A program made the translations under genes and the position numbers. Positions 10,309 to 20,655 of a stretch of 64,000 bases of DNA are shown piece after piece. The stretch is from an uncultured Chroococcidiopsis sp. GTDB lineage: Bacteria; Cyanobacteriota; Cyanobacteriia; Cyanobacteriales; Chroococcidiopsidaceae. The stretch lies in NCBI GenBank assembly GCA_964248365.1, contig CAXTYC010000005.1, forward strand, positions 64,001 through 128,000, given 5' to 3'. Every line of letters starts with the position of its first letter. Within the stretch, counting starts at the first letter, position 1. Below the pieces are notes generated by a model. It was not told the DNA's origin and made no database searches. It saw only the letters and a list, made by a program, of their open reading frames with translations.

Positions 10309-11799
10309 CTACTCTTTTGATGACAAAATTGGTGTTAGATCTAAATGTGCCTCAACTATACTGGCGAGGGAATCTAACATGGCTTCTCGCTGTTCGCGGT
10401 AGTTGGAAATACCAGTAGGTAAAGATTTTAGTCCTCTTTGTTGCCGTAGGCGATTTAACCAAGCGCGTCGCCAAGGACCATTGTCAAATATTCCGTGCAG
10501 ATAGGTTCCCCAGACTAATTGAGAATTATCTACCATGCCGAGACTTGCATCTTCAAACAATTGATGGTATGAGGAAGCTGGAGGAGTTGGGGTTTCGATG
10601 GGGCGCGATCGCCCTTGATGAATTTCATATCCAGTTACAGGTAAGCCACTTTGCGGAAAGTTAGAAATTACAGTTCGTTGGCGGGCAACTTTATGACCTG
10701 TAATTACGGTTCTAATCGGAAACAGCCCCAATCCGTAAAACCTGCCTGCTTCACCTTCTACTCCTTCAGGATCGGCTAGCTGTTGTCCCATGATTTGGAA
10801 GCCGCCACAAATCCCTAAAACGGTTCCACCTGCTGCGGCATAGTTTTGAATCGCTTTTGCCATGCCAGTTTTATGTAGAAGTAGCAAATCGGGGATGGAT
10901 GTTTTAGTACCAGGAATAATTACAGCATCGGGATGTCCTAATTCGTGTTTGGGGCTGAGGTATCTTAAACCTACACAGGCTTCTGCTTCTAGCGGATCAA
11001 AATCGGTAAAGTTAGAAATTCGCGGTAAGCGGATTACTACGATATTCAGGTCGCTATTCGTTTTGGTGGTTGTGCGTTCAAATAAATCGAGTGAATCTTC
11101 AGAGGGGAATGTTTGATCGATCCAAGGAATAACGCCCAAAACAGGAATTCCTGTCCGTTCTTCTAGCCATTTGATGCCTGGTTCTAAAAGCGATCGCTGT
11201 CCCCGAAATTTATTGATGATCACGCCACGAATTAAAGCGCGTTCCTCTGGTTCTAACAACTCCAATGTGCCTACAACATGAGCAAAAGCACCGCCACGAT
11301 CAATATCAACTACTAGGACGGTTGGTGCGTTCAAATGTTTCGCCACGCGCATATTAGTTAAATCGCGGTGCTTGAGGTTTATCTCAGCTGGACTCCCCGC
11401 ACCTTCACATACAATCAGATCAAACTCTGATGTCAAATGACGTAAAGAGTCTTCAATTGCCTGCCACCCTGGTTGAAAATATTGCTCGTAGTAATCCGCT
11501 GCACCCACCCTACCCACAGATTTACCTTTAATAATTACCTGGGATGTCATATCCCCTTGGGGTTTGAGTAAAATCGGATTCATTTCTACCGTTGGAGAAA
11601 CGCCAGCAGCCCAAGCTTGTACTGCCTGGGCGTAGCCAATTTCGCCCCCGTTGATGGTGACATAAGCGTTCAAAGCCATATTTTGCCCTTTGAACGGGGC
11701 TACTCGCCAGCCACGCCGCGCCAAAATCCGGCAAATAGCGGCGGTTATCAGGGATTTTCCAGCGTGGGATGTGGTTCCCACTATCATAATTGCTTTCAT
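10309..11799 (-). CDS. cobQ: Cobyric acid synthase
   Basis: GTTSHAGKS, FKGQNMALN, EGAGSPAEINL, glutaminase GICGG and TYLHG. Confidence 0.96.
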   Translation of the reverse strand: MKAIMIVGTTSHAGKSLITAAICRILARRGWRVAPFKGQNMALNAYVTINGGEIGYAQAVQAWAAGVSPTVEMNPILLKPQGDMTSQVIIKGKSVGRVGAADYYEQYFQPGWQAIEDSLRHLTSEFDLIVCEGAGSPAEINLKHRDLTNMRVAKHLNAPTVLVVDIDRGGAFAHVVGTLELLEPEERALIRGVIINKFRGQRSLLEPGIKWLEERTGIPVLGVIPWIDQTFPSEDSLDLFERTTTKTNSDLNIVVIRLPRISNFTDFDPLEAEACVGLRYLSPKHELGHPDAVIIPGTKTSIPDLLLLHKTGMAKAIQNYAAAGGTVLGICGGFQIMGQQLADPEGVEGEAGRFYGLGLFPIRTVITGHKVARQRTVISNFPQSGLPVTGYEIHQGRSRPIETPTPPASSYHQLFEDASLGMVDNSQLVWGTYLHGIFDNGPWRRAWLNRLRQQRGLKSLPTGISNYREQREAMLDSLASIVEAHLDLTPILSSKE

Positions 11800-11978
11800 A
11801 AACAGCTACGAGCCGTGTTTAAATAAGGGCAGTTTCATTCTTCATTTTTCCCGTTTTCTGCTCATTCTTAACTTTTGATGCTAATTTCTTTTTTTATAGT
11901 TAAGTCTTCTTTACTAGACGTATTGCATAAGGAGCTTAGTGCGAGACTTTTTGCGTCCGAACGATCGCGCCTTTGCGC

Positions 11979-12021
11979 GGACACTTTGCTCAAGTCGGGA
12001 AACCCGCCCACGCAAGTGTCC
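11979..12021. repeat. Small dispersed hairpin element nested in a CTTTGCG repeat tract
   Basis: GGACACTT...AAGTGTCC inverted ends around CGGG-AAA-CCCG. Confidence 0.6.
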
Positions 12022-12056
12022 TTGTCTTTGCGAGAAACAAAAAAAAGACTTTCTAT

Positions 12057-12464
12057 TTAAAACGGTAGGCTTAACAACCGACTCAAGGCATTATAGAAGC
12101 GATTCACCCATGAGGGAGTACCCCAACTTCCTGTTTGTTGGTACTGCTCTAGTAGCATTCTACCTAGTGGAGTCAGGCGAAAACTATCTGTAATTCCCTG
12201 TCCATCTACCTCTCGCCGCAGTACACCTACTTGAATCAGCCACAACAGTTGATTTTCAACGGCTAACTCAGACAAAGGACGTTGGGTGTAGCTATTGTCG
12301 AAACCCTCGCTGTGTGCGATCGCGTTGACTGGCACACTTTGATCGCGCATCGTCTCCAATAGATGCACCTTGAAAGGAGAACAAACAAGCGATCGCCTCG
12401 CACGTTCTACAGTATGGCTCAGATAAGCAAATGATTTTGTTCCTTTAGTCTCAATCATTGTCAT
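12057..12464 (-). CDS. Conserved cyanobacterial protein (Npun_F0494-like, wHTH-like)
   Basis: LLWLIQVGVLRREVDGQGITDSFRLTPLG motif. Confidence 0.75.
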   Translation of the reverse strand: MTMIETKGTKSFAYLSHTVERARRSLVCSPFKVHLLETMRDQSVPVNAIAHSEGFDNSYTQRPLSELAVENQLLWLIQVGVLRREVDGQGITDSFRLTPLGRMLLEQYQQTGSWGTPSWVNRFYNALSRLLSLPF

Positions 12465-12711
12465 TTTGTATCTTCCTATACAGTTTTTCTTAATAGATTA
12501 TTGATATCTATATTTTTCAGTACTAGCTATCCATTTTAGACAGTATTGCTTGAGTAGGGGAGGGTTTTTAGGAGTTATCTGAAGGTTTACAAGTATGTTT
12601 GATAAACCCGCCCGTACGGTAGTTGTCGTCTTTTGAAGGTGGATAAATCGTAATTTAAACATTACAAACCGTAAATTTGTACACGTAAGCGTTGTTTTTC
12701 AGAAATAATTA

Positions 12712-12850
12712 AATAGCTTCTAGGGTTCCGGTTTGAGTTGGCGTATTATTTCCGACTTAAATGACTGGTCCAAGAGAAGCAGCCAGCCTTTAAATGTTTG
12801 TCGCATATAGCGGCACATTGGTGGTACACGGCGGGATAAAAGCCCGGGAG
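12712..12850 (+). ncRNA. Guanidine-I (ykkC-yxkD) riboswitch
   Basis: GCTTCTAGGGTTCCG...CTGGTCCAAGAGAAGC P1 arm and 3' ACACGGCGGGATAAAAGCCCGGGAG signature, upstream of guanidine hydrolase. Confidence 0.93.
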
Positions 12851-12900
12851 TAGTAAATAACAGTGTTTAACTGTTGTTGCTTGTCCTGGGTTATTTTATT
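12838..12900 (+). terminator. Riboswitch expression-platform intrinsic terminator
   Basis: AGCCCGGGA (aptamer 3' end) can pair with TCCTGGGTT, followed by ATTTTATT. Confidence 0.7.
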
Positions 12901-12943
12901 GCAGTTGAAGTGGAAAATTAGTAGGATTTGAGGATATAGAATC

Positions 12944-14149
12944 ATGACTGAACGCGATCGCCCACTTGAAGAAAGTCTAGATTCACATTCACAACAACCA
13001 CCCACTGAAGCTGAAAGAGCTTTAGAAAAAGAAGCAAGATTACCTTTGACTGGTTGGCAACAAGAAGTATCAAGAGGTTTAGAATATGGTTTAGAAGCAG
13101 CACAAAGTATAGGCGATCGCTCGATTCCCACATTCTCCAGAGGAGAATTACCCCACTTTGCTGGGATCAACACTTTCCTCAAAGCACCTTACTTAGAAGA
13201 TGTGCGTAAAGTTGGAGAATACGATGTTGCAGTTGTCGGCGTTCCCCATGATTCTGGCACAACTTATCGCCCTGGAACACGTTTTGGTCCCCAAGGCATT
13301 CGACGTATTTCAGCGCTTTATACACCCTATAGCTTTGAATTAGGTGTTGATCTACGAGAACAAATCACTTTATGTGATGTGGGAGATATTTTTACAATTC
13401 CAGCTAATAACGAAAAGTCATTCGATCAGATTTCTAAAGGAATTGCCCACATTTTTAGTTCTGGTGCTTTTCCAATTATTTTAGGCGGAGATCATTCGAT
13501 TGGCTACCCTACTGTACGGGGAATTTGCCGTCATTTAGGTGATAAAAAAGTGGGAATTATTCACTTTGATCGCCATGTGGATACGCAAGAGACAGACTTA
13601 GATGAACGGATGCATACTTGTCCTTGGTTTCATGCCACAAATATCAAAAATGCACCACCAAAAAACTTAGTGCAATTAGGTATAGGTGGCTGGCAAGTTC
13701 CCCGTGAAGGTGTGAAATTTTATCGAGAACGAGCAAGTAATGTTTTGACGGTAACAGACATTACAGAAATGGGATTAGATGCAGCCGTAGAATTTGCTTT
13801 ATCAAGAGCTTTAGATGGTACAGATTGCGTTTATATCAGTTTTGATATTGACTGCATTGATGCTGGTTTTGTCCCTGGTACTGGATGGCCAGAACCAGGC
13901 GGTCTAATGCCTCGTGAAGCTCTTTATATGCTGGGCAAAATTATCCAACGCGCTCCTATTTGTGGTTTAGAAGTTGTAGAAGTTTCTCCACCTTACGACA
14001 TTAGCGATATTACTGCATTAATGGCGGCAAGGGTAATTTGTGACACTATGGGTCATTTGGTAGTCTCAGGTCAATTACCCCGAAAAGAAAAACCCGCTTA
14101 CATTCACCCAGAAGCTCAACCGGAATTAGTCAATGAGTGGACGAGGTAA
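12944..14149 (+). CDS. gdmH: Ni-dependent guanidine hydrolase (agmatinase/arginase family)
   Basis: GGDHS, HFDRHVD, DERMHTCPW, SFDIDCID; guanidine-I riboswitch upstream and hypAB downstream, as in Synechocystis sll1077. Confidence 0.88.
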   Translation: MTERDRPLEESLDSHSQQPPTEAERALEKEARLPLTGWQQEVSRGLEYGLEAAQSIGDRSIPTFSRGELPHFAGINTFLKAPYLEDVRKVGEYDVAVVGVPHDSGTTYRPGTRFGPQGIRRISALYTPYSFELGVDLREQITLCDVGDIFTIPANNEKSFDQISKGIAHIFSSGAFPIILGGDHSIGYPTVRGICRHLGDKKVGIIHFDRHVDTQETDLDERMHTCPWFHATNIKNAPPKNLVQLGIGGWQVPREGVKFYRERASNVLTVTDITEMGLDAAVEFALSRALDGTDCVYISFDIDCIDAGFVPGTGWPEPGGLMPREALYMLGKIIQRAPICGLEVVEVSPPYDISDITALMAARVICDTMGHLVVSGQLPRKEKPAYIHPEAQPELVNEWTR

Positions 14150-14152
14150 GCT

Positions 14153-14533
14153 ATGCATGAAACTGACATGACTAAAGCGTTAATTATAACGCTTAAAGAT
14201 TGGTGGGAATCACAGCCTGAACGTCCTCAAGTTTCCTGCATTCACTTAATTGTCGGTAAATTCACTTGTGTTGAACCTATGAGTTTACAATTTGCCTTTG
14301 AGGTGCAATCTCGTAACACCTTTTTAGATGGGGCAAAGTTAGTTATTCAAGAAACGCCTTTAATTGCGTTTTGTCATCGTTGCCAACAAGAATATAAACC
14401 GGAAATTGGCATTCAATACGCCTGCCCTGAATGTCATTTTCCGATGGAGGATATTCGTTCAGGGCGAGAACTAAAAATTGATCGAATCGAATATTGTTTT
14501 GATACAACAGAAGTTTATGCACCAAACATTTGA
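14153..14533 (+). CDS. hypA: HypA-family nickel chaperone (GhaA role)
   Basis: N-terminal MHE; CHRC and CPEC zinc finger. Confidence 0.9.
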   Translation: MHETDMTKALIITLKDWWESQPERPQVSCIHLIVGKFTCVEPMSLQFAFEVQSRNTFLDGAKLVIQETPLIAFCHRCQQEYKPEIGIQYACPECHFPMEDIRSGRELKIDRIEYCFDTTEVYAPNI

Positions 14534-15221
14534 TGCAGCATTAGGTATTAATTTACTCCATGCCAATCAGCAGGGAGCAGATCATAATCGCGCTCATTTT
14601 AACGAGTGGGGAATTACTTGTTTCAATATTATGAGCAGTCCAGGCGCTGGTAAAACTGTGCTTTTGGAACGCACTCTAGCTGCTTTGAAAGATGAGTTAA
14701 AAATTGCAGTTATTGAAGGCGATATGACAACTGATTTGGATGCAAATCGCCTGCGTCAATATGGAGTCCCAGTAATTGCGATTAATACAGGGCGATCGTG
14801 TCATTTAGATTCCAAAATGGTAGCTGGGGGAATTCACCAACTCGAACATTTATATAATCCCTCAGATTTTGATTTGGTGTTAGTAGAAAATGTCGGCAAT
14901 TTAGTTTGTCCAGCCGAATTTGAAGTAGGAGAACACGCAAAGGTAGCGCTTTTAAGCGTAACTGAAGGAGAAGATAAGCCGCTGAAGTATCCAATTATGT
15001 TTCAGGAAGCAGATTGTTTGCTAATTACAAAAATGGATTTAGCGCCTTATCTAGAAATTGATGTTAGTCAAATAGAGGCAAATGTTCGCCAAATGAATCC
15101 TGATGTCACAATAATTCCTGTTTGTGCGAAAACAGGTGAGGGATTAGAAGCTTGGTTTAATTGGGTACGAGAAAAAATACAAATACATTCCCCACTCAGC
15201 ATCAAGCTAGCTAAGAAATAA
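14517..15221 (+). CDS. hypB: HypB-family nickel-insertion GTPase (GhaB role)
   Basis: [28 protein letters not shown] at 14517 overlaps the hypA end. Confidence 0.92.
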   Translation: MHQTFDAALGINLLHANQQGADHNRAHFNEWGITCFNIMSSPGAGKTVLLERTLAALKDELKIAVIEGDMTTDLDANRLRQYGVPVIAINTGRSCHLDSKMVAGGIHQLEHLYNPSDFDLVLVENVGNLVCPAEFEVGEHAKVALLSVTEGEDKPLKYPIMFQEADCLLITKMDLAPYLEIDVSQIEANVRQMNPDVTIIPVCAKTGEGLEAWFNWVREKIQIHSPLSIKLAKK

Positions 15222-15357
15222 ACTTCTTGCATAAAGAGCTTAGCCCTTCTTTTTGCGTTCTTACTTTGCGACTTTGCGACTTTGCGCGAAACAAAATAAG
15301 TTCTACCTCACAAAGCACAAGATACGAGATGAGCTTGCTAATTAGAAAGTAAAATCG

Positions 15358-16377
15358 ATGAAAGTTCGTAACCTTCTATTTCTGTTCAGTGTATTTTTAG
15401 TCAGTTTAGTTGTTGCAGTCAGTTGCACTTCCCCCTCTTCTCAAAATTCATCAGCAGCAAATTCAATTCAAATGGGTTTTAGTGCTTGGCCTGGTTGGTT
15501 TCCTTGGCAAGTTGCTCATGAAGCAAAGCTATTTGATGCTAACAAAGTTTCAGTAGATTTGAAGTGGTTTGATGGGTATTTGGATTCAATTAATGCCTTG
15601 ACAGCAAGACAATTAGATGCTAATACTCAAACTTTGAATGATACGGTTAGTTCAGTTGCAGCTGGAGCCGATATAGTCATTGTTTTAGTTAATGATAATT
15701 CGACTGGCAATGACCAAATTATTGTCCGCGAGGGTATTAATAGCGTTGCTGATTTGAAAGGTAAAAAAGTTGCGGCAGAAGAAGGAACAGTCGATCATTT
15801 TCTATTATTACAAGGCTTGAGAAAAGCTGGGATGTCACAAGCAGATATTGATTTTCAACCGTTGGAAACAGGCGCAGCCGCAGCAGCATTTGTAGCAGGA
15901 AAAGTTGATGCAGTAGGTGTTTTTGCACCTTTCACAAATAAAGCAATTGAACGTCGTGGCAGTAAAGTGCTATTTAGTTCTAAAGACTTTCCAGGCTCAA
16001 TTCCAGATCATTTAGTAGTTAGCCGGAAGCTAATTAACGAGCGATCGCAAGATGTACAAGCATTGGTAAATACATGGTTTGACACTTTAGACTTCATCCG
16101 TACCAACCCAGAAAAAGCCTACGCTATTATGGCTCAACGAGCTGGAGTTACGGTTGCAGAATACAAAAAATATGATGCTGGAACCAAGATATTTAGCATT
16201 GAAGAGAATTTAAAAGCCTTCCAGCCTGGTAAAGATATGTCATCCTTACCTTATGCAGCCCAACAAATTAGCAAATTTTTAGTTGAAGCTAATCTTGCTA
16301 AACAGGCTCCAGATCTAAGTAAAATCTTTGACGATCGCTTTGTGAAAGCTTACGCAACTTCTCGCAAAAGTAAGTAG
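15358..16377 (+). CDS. ABC transporter substrate-binding lipoprotein (NMT1/TauA type), probable guanidine importer
   Basis: Lipobox VAVSC, FSAWPGWFPW; operon context. Confidence 0.85.
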   Translation: MKVRNLLFLFSVFLVSLVVAVSCTSPSSQNSSAANSIQMGFSAWPGWFPWQVAHEAKLFDANKVSVDLKWFDGYLDSINALTARQLDANTQTLNDTVSSVAAGADIVIVLVNDNSTGNDQIIVREGINSVADLKGKKVAAEEGTVDHFLLLQGLRKAGMSQADIDFQPLETGAAAAAFVAGKVDAVGVFAPFTNKAIERRGSKVLFSSKDFPGSIPDHLVVSRKLINERSQDVQALVNTWFDTLDFIRTNPEKAYAIMAQRAGVTVAEYKKYDAGTKIFSIEENLKAFQPGKDMSSLPYAAQQISKFLVEANLAKQAPDLSKIFDDRFVKAYATSRKSK

Positions 16378-16662
16378 AAATAGCGCTTACAATATCTTTC
16401 TCTGAGTAACATATTGTGTATTAGTCTATACCTATTGTGAAGCTTACGTAATTTCTCGTAAAACTAGGTATAAATACCACTTACGGATTTTTTCCCCTAG
16501 AGTAATATATATTGTATTGTCATATACCTAGGGGAAGATTTTGGCAAAAATTGAATTTCTTGATTAATTCTGTAGCCTAGCTAGCAGTTTGTGGCAAGCG
16601 TTTAAGTCATATTGCCATGTTATAGATATAAATTTGAAAAGTTTTTTGAAAAAATCAATTAA

Positions 16663-17484
16663 ATGAGTTCAAACGAGCATAAAAAAATGTTATCACAAAC
16701 CGTTTTTTGGCGGATTGGTGAGGATATTCCTAAACCATTAAACTGGACTTTAATTGGTTTATCAATTGGAGTTCCTTTTATTCTTTGGTGGGTAATTTCA
16801 AATTCAGGATTAGTACAACCTGCATTTCTTTTGCCCACTCCAGTTCAAGTTGGCTCAGCGCTTTTGCGTCTTTGGCAAAATGGTAGTTTACCAAAAGATA
16901 TTAGCGCAAGTTTGTTTCGAGTGCTTAGTGGCTTTTTGCTAGCAGCAGTTGTTTCGATACCTTTAGGAATTCTCATGGGTGCGTTTGCTAGCATTCGAGC
17001 TTTGCTCGAACCTATTATAGGTATCGTGCGTTATATGCCCGCACCTGCTTTTATACCCTTGCTAGTTTTATATTTTGGATTAGGAGAACTGCCGAAAATT
17101 CTACTTATCTTTATCGGCACATTGTTTTTTAATACATTAATGGTGATGGATGCTGTAAAGTTCGTACCTAAAGAATTAATAGAGACAACTTACACTTTAG
17201 GCGGTCAACGCAGTAATGTTATTCTTAATGTTATTTCGCCCTACGTTTTACCGAGTATTATTGATGCTGGACGTGTCAATATGGCTGCATCTTGGAACTT
17301 GGTAATAGTTGCTGAGTTAGTAGCAGCAACAGAAGGTTTAGGTCGTCGAATAAGTGTTGCTCAAAGATTTCTGAAGACTGATGAAATATTTGCAGGGTTG
17401 ATTGTTATTGGTTTAATTGGTTTTACTATTGATATATTATTTCGCTTACTGCTGCAAGTATCTTCTCGCTGGGCAATGAAGTAG
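16663..17484 (+). CDS. ABC transporter permease (SsuC/TauC type)
   Basis: Multiple TM helices and EAA-like loop LIETTYTLGG. Confidence 0.9.
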   Translation: MSSNEHKKMLSQTVFWRIGEDIPKPLNWTLIGLSIGVPFILWWVISNSGLVQPAFLLPTPVQVGSALLRLWQNGSLPKDISASLFRVLSGFLLAAVVSIPLGILMGAFASIRALLEPIIGIVRYMPAPAFIPLLVLYFGLGELPKILLIFIGTLFFNTLMVMDAVKFVPKELIETTYTLGGQRSNVILNVISPYVLPSIIDAGRVNMAASWNLVIVAELVAATEGLGRRISVAQRFLKTDEIFAGLIVIGLIGFTIDILFRLLLQVSSRWAMK

Positions 17485-17573
17485 TTTGATAAAGATATTA
17501 GCTATTAATGTTGTCTGTGCAAATCAAATTATTTACGTAAAAGATAATAGTTTTAGGCAATTTAGGAGCATTC

Positions 17574-18350
17574 ATGAGTTTACAAGTTTTTAACCTTCAC
17601 AAAGAATTTAAAACTCGTCAAGGTACAGTTGTTGCCCTCAAAGATATCAACTTAAATATTGAACAGGGAGAATTTGTTTGTGCTGTTGGTGCTTCTGGTT
17701 CTGGTAAATCAACTTTATTAAGGCTAATTGCTGGGTTGGATACTCCCACAACTGGCGAAATTCAAGTAGCTGGCATTAATGTGACTGGACCTGGTGCAGA
17801 TCGGGGCATGGTATTTCAAAAGTATACGCTTTACCCTTGGATGAATGTAGCCGAAAATGTGGGATTTGGGTTAAAGCTGCAAGGAGTTTCTAAAGCCCGA
17901 CGCAGGGAAAGAGTGGCACACTATTTAGAAGTTGTAAGATTATCGCAGTTTGCCCATGCATTGCCAAAAGAATTGTCAGGCGGTATGCAGCAGCGAGTAG
18001 CGATCGCCCGCGCCTTAGCGTCTGAACCTAAAATTCTCCTCATGGACGAACCTTTTGGGGCTTTAGATGCTCAAACAAAAGAAACGATGCAACAGTTTCT
18101 TCTAGAATTGTGGAGGCGCACAGGCACAACTATTTTGATGATTACCCATGATGTTGAGGAAGCAGTGTTTCTATCCCAGCGAATTTATGTGCTTACCTCT
18201 CGTCCTGGTACGATCAGAACTGAATTAGTGATGAATTTGCCCAGCGATCGCACTTATCACACTAAAAAACATTCGACTTTCCAAGATTGTAAAGAAACTG
18301 TACTGGATTTACTGCGTGGCGAAGGAGCAAAAGAGCCTGTAGCAGCTTAA
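17574..18350 (+). CDS. ABC transporter ATP-binding protein
   Basis: GASGSGKS, LSGGMQQR, LLMDEPF. Confidence 0.93.
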   Translation: MSLQVFNLHKEFKTRQGTVVALKDINLNIEQGEFVCAVGASGSGKSTLLRLIAGLDTPTTGEIQVAGINVTGPGADRGMVFQKYTLYPWMNVAENVGFGLKLQGVSKARRRERVAHYLEVVRLSQFAHALPKELSGGMQQRVAIARALASEPKILLMDEPFGALDAQTKETMQQFLLELWRRTGTTILMITHDVEEAVFLSQRIYVLTSRPGTIRTELVMNLPSDRTYHTKKHSTFQDCKETVLDLLRGEGAKEPVAA

Positions 18351-18392
18351 ACCAGACAACTTACACTGTTTCTCCATCTACTTGCACTTTTT

Positions 18393-18434
18393 ACGATCCC
18401 CCTAGCCCCCTTAGAAAGGGGGTTTGGGGGATCG
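18393..18434. repeat. Palindromic element GATCCCCC...CCCCCTT-N-AAGGGGG...GGGGGATC
   Basis: Imperfect inverted repeat; related partial copy at 63218-63250. Confidence 0.7.
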
Positions 18435-18603
18435 CTCTTCGTGTCATCATCTAGGAAAATTGGTATTACACAGCTGGTTGCACAAAGACGCAAATAACTT
18501 TGCGTCTTTATTTCCCCGCGTGAATTTGTCCTTTAAAGTGAAATAATATTACTGGCGATAATTCGCTTTCTAACTAACCTTTTACCCAAGAGATACTTAA
18601 CTT

Positions 18604-19041
18604 ATGACTTTAGCAGTTGGTACAGATGCACCAGCATTTACAGTCAAAGACACCAATGGTAATACTGTCTCGCTATCTGATTTTGCTGGTAAAACAGTAG
18701 TTTTGTATTTCTACCCGAAAGACGATACCCCAGGTTGCACTAAACAAGCTTGTAGCTTCCGAGATGCTAATGCTGATTATCAAGGTAAAGATTTGGTAGT
18801 GCTGGGAGTCAGTGCAGATGATCAAGCTTCCCACCAGCAATTTACCCAAAAATACAATTTGAATTTTCCCCTACTGGCTGACACCGAAAAAACCATGATC
18901 AAGGAATACGATGTAGATGGTGGTGGTTATGCCAAACGTGTCACCTATGTAATTGACGGCAACGGTAAAATTATTCATGTTGACAGCAGCGTCAATACAT
19001 CTACTCACGCTAGTGATGTTTTGGCAGCAATAGGGAAGTAA
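18604..19041 (+). CDS. bcp: Peroxiredoxin (BCP/PrxQ)
   Basis: YFYPKDDTPGCTKQAC motif. Confidence 0.92.
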   Translation: MTLAVGTDAPAFTVKDTNGNTVSLSDFAGKTVVLYFYPKDDTPGCTKQACSFRDANADYQGKDLVVLGVSADDQASHQQFTQKYNLNFPLLADTEKTMIKEYDVDGGGYAKRVTYVIDGNGKIIHVDSSVNTSTHASDVLAAIGK

Positions 19042-19192
19042 TTAGAGGGGCTAGGGGCTAGAGGCTAGAGGCTAGGAAGAGGGGGAGAGTGGGAGAGGGG
19101 GAATCAGGGGAATCTGAAGCAATACTCCCCCCTGCTCCCACGCGAACCTGCGAACCTGCCTCTTACCCCTTTTCCCGCGAAGGGGCAAGAAG

Positions 19193-19576
19193 TCATTTAG
19201 CTACCTGCGGATTGATAGTATTAGCTGGTTGAGCCTGGTTCTGATTTTGAATCCTTTGTAGCTGCCTTTGCCTAAACTGGGCAGCTGCATCATTTAGGCT
19301 GCGATCTTGTTCAGCAGAAAATTCGTTAGTGCTGCGGATAGTGCCAAGCTGAGCGCGCTGCATTAACTGCATAATACCGCCGAATGCATCCCCCTCATTG
19401 GTACGTGAGAATGGATCTCGATTTTCTTGGGTGTTCAAATCTTGTAGGGGATTGGGAGCAGTATTAGGAACAGTATTGACTTGCGCCCAGCTAATTTGAG
19501 GCATCAGCAAGGAAACAAAACCTATGGTTGCTGTACAAACAGCAAGTTTAATAAAAGGTTGAGGTGTAGTTTTCAT
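19193..19576 (-). CDS. Secreted hypothetical protein
   Basis: Signal peptide ending SWA-Q; low-complexity Gln/Asn-rich mature part. Confidence 0.7.
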   Translation of the reverse strand: MKTTPQPFIKLAVCTATIGFVSLLMPQISWAQVNTVPNTAPNPLQDLNTQENRDPFSRTNEGDAFGGIMQLMQRAQLGTIRSTNEFSAEQDRSLNDAAAQFRQRQLQRIQNQNQAQPANTINPQVAK

Positions 19577-19619
19577 AAGCTCTTAGCATTGAAAGTAGCT
19601 AAAAATGTATGCTTTTATC

Positions 19620-20519
19620 TTAAGCAAGAGTTCGCCGTATTTGGGATTGAATGCTAAGAAGTGCTACAAAGCTAAAGCCAAGTAAAACCAACATACATCC
19701 GCCAAAAGTCACACTACCCCAAGGAGCTTGCATCACAATGCTATTCAATGCCCAATCACTATGAAGATAAAGATAGCGAATTGGTTCTATTGCATAGCTA
19801 AGCGGATTGAGTGCAGCCACAACTTGCAACCACTTGGGCATGAAAGATAGAGGAGCTAGAGCAGTGCTAGCAAATAGCAGCGGTAGGTTAGTAACAAAAA
19901 TTACGGCAATTAGTTCAATGTGACCAGGTAGGGCAAAAGCTAAACCCAAGCTTAAAGCTGTCACGCCCAAAGCTAGTAGAAAGACAATCAAAGTGATCGC
20001 CCCTAATCCTGCTAAATTTGGTAAACCAGCCCCCAAAAACGCCGCCGCCGCCACAATTACCGCTGCTTGCAATAAGCTCTGGCTAATAATAAAAATAGCT
20101 GAGGCTAAAACAATTGAAAACCGAGATGCTAAAGGAGCTACCAATAAACGGTTTAAAAAGCCAAATTCTCGGTCAAACATGACTGGTAATCCAGCATTGA
20201 GCGCTCCTGCAAAGGCGGTAAAAACAATTACGCCAGCACTCAAAAACTGACCATAATTTGTACTATTTCCAAAGATGCCTTTGGGGGCATTTTGAAACAG
20301 CGCTCCAAACAAAAGCAACCACATCACTGGCTGAATAATCCCAGCAATTAGAGTTGAAGGACGGCGTTGTAATTGAATGAACAAGCGACGAGTTAAAGCC
20401 AGGGTTTCTTGAACTAATTCCCCAAACCAATTGGATGCGGTTTGTTCGTGATTAATTTGAGCAGATGCCAATTGCTGCCAACTGGTATCGGATTTAGGAG
20501 GTGTAACTGTACTACTCAT
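19620..20519 (-). CDS. ABC-2 type exporter permease
   Basis: DREFGFLNRLLVAP and NPLSYAIE motifs; ATG at 20519 (the ORF-track extension runs through a repeat). Confidence 0.88.
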   Translation of the reverse strand: MSSTVTPPKSDTSWQQLASAQINHEQTASNWFGELVQETLALTRRLFIQLQRRPSTLIAGIIQPVMWLLLFGALFQNAPKGIFGNSTNYGQFLSAGVIVFTAFAGALNAGLPVMFDREFGFLNRLLVAPLASRFSIVLASAIFIISQSLLQAAVIVAAAAFLGAGLPNLAGLGAITLIVFLLALGVTALSLGLAFALPGHIELIAVIFVTNLPLLFASTALAPLSFMPKWLQVVAALNPLSYAIEPIRYLYLHSDWALNSIVMQAPWGSVTFGGCMLVLLGFSFVALLSIQSQIRRTLA

Positions 20520-20655
20520 TGCGATTTTAGGTTTTAGATTTATTTCGCGCATAGACACGAAGTGGCTTCCCGAAGGGTAGACGCAAAGGCGCAAAGATTG
20601 GAAGGTTTTTCTGTGTTGGTGTTCTTGGTGTTCTTGGCGGTTGGTAAAAAATGAT

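Noticed and set aside
12671..12684. NtcA box upstream of the riboswitch (GTA-N8-CAC)
   Set aside because: One mismatch and no clearly spaced -10 element; plausible biologically but not supportable from sequence alone
12790..13182. 130-aa antisense ORF across the riboswitch and gdmH start
   Set aside because: Shadow ORF; the opposite strand is fully explained by the riboswitch and gdmH
14153..15221. hypA/hypB as evidence of a hydrogenase cluster
   Set aside because: No hydrogenase or hypCDEF genes nearby; context indicates nickel delivery to guanidine hydrolase
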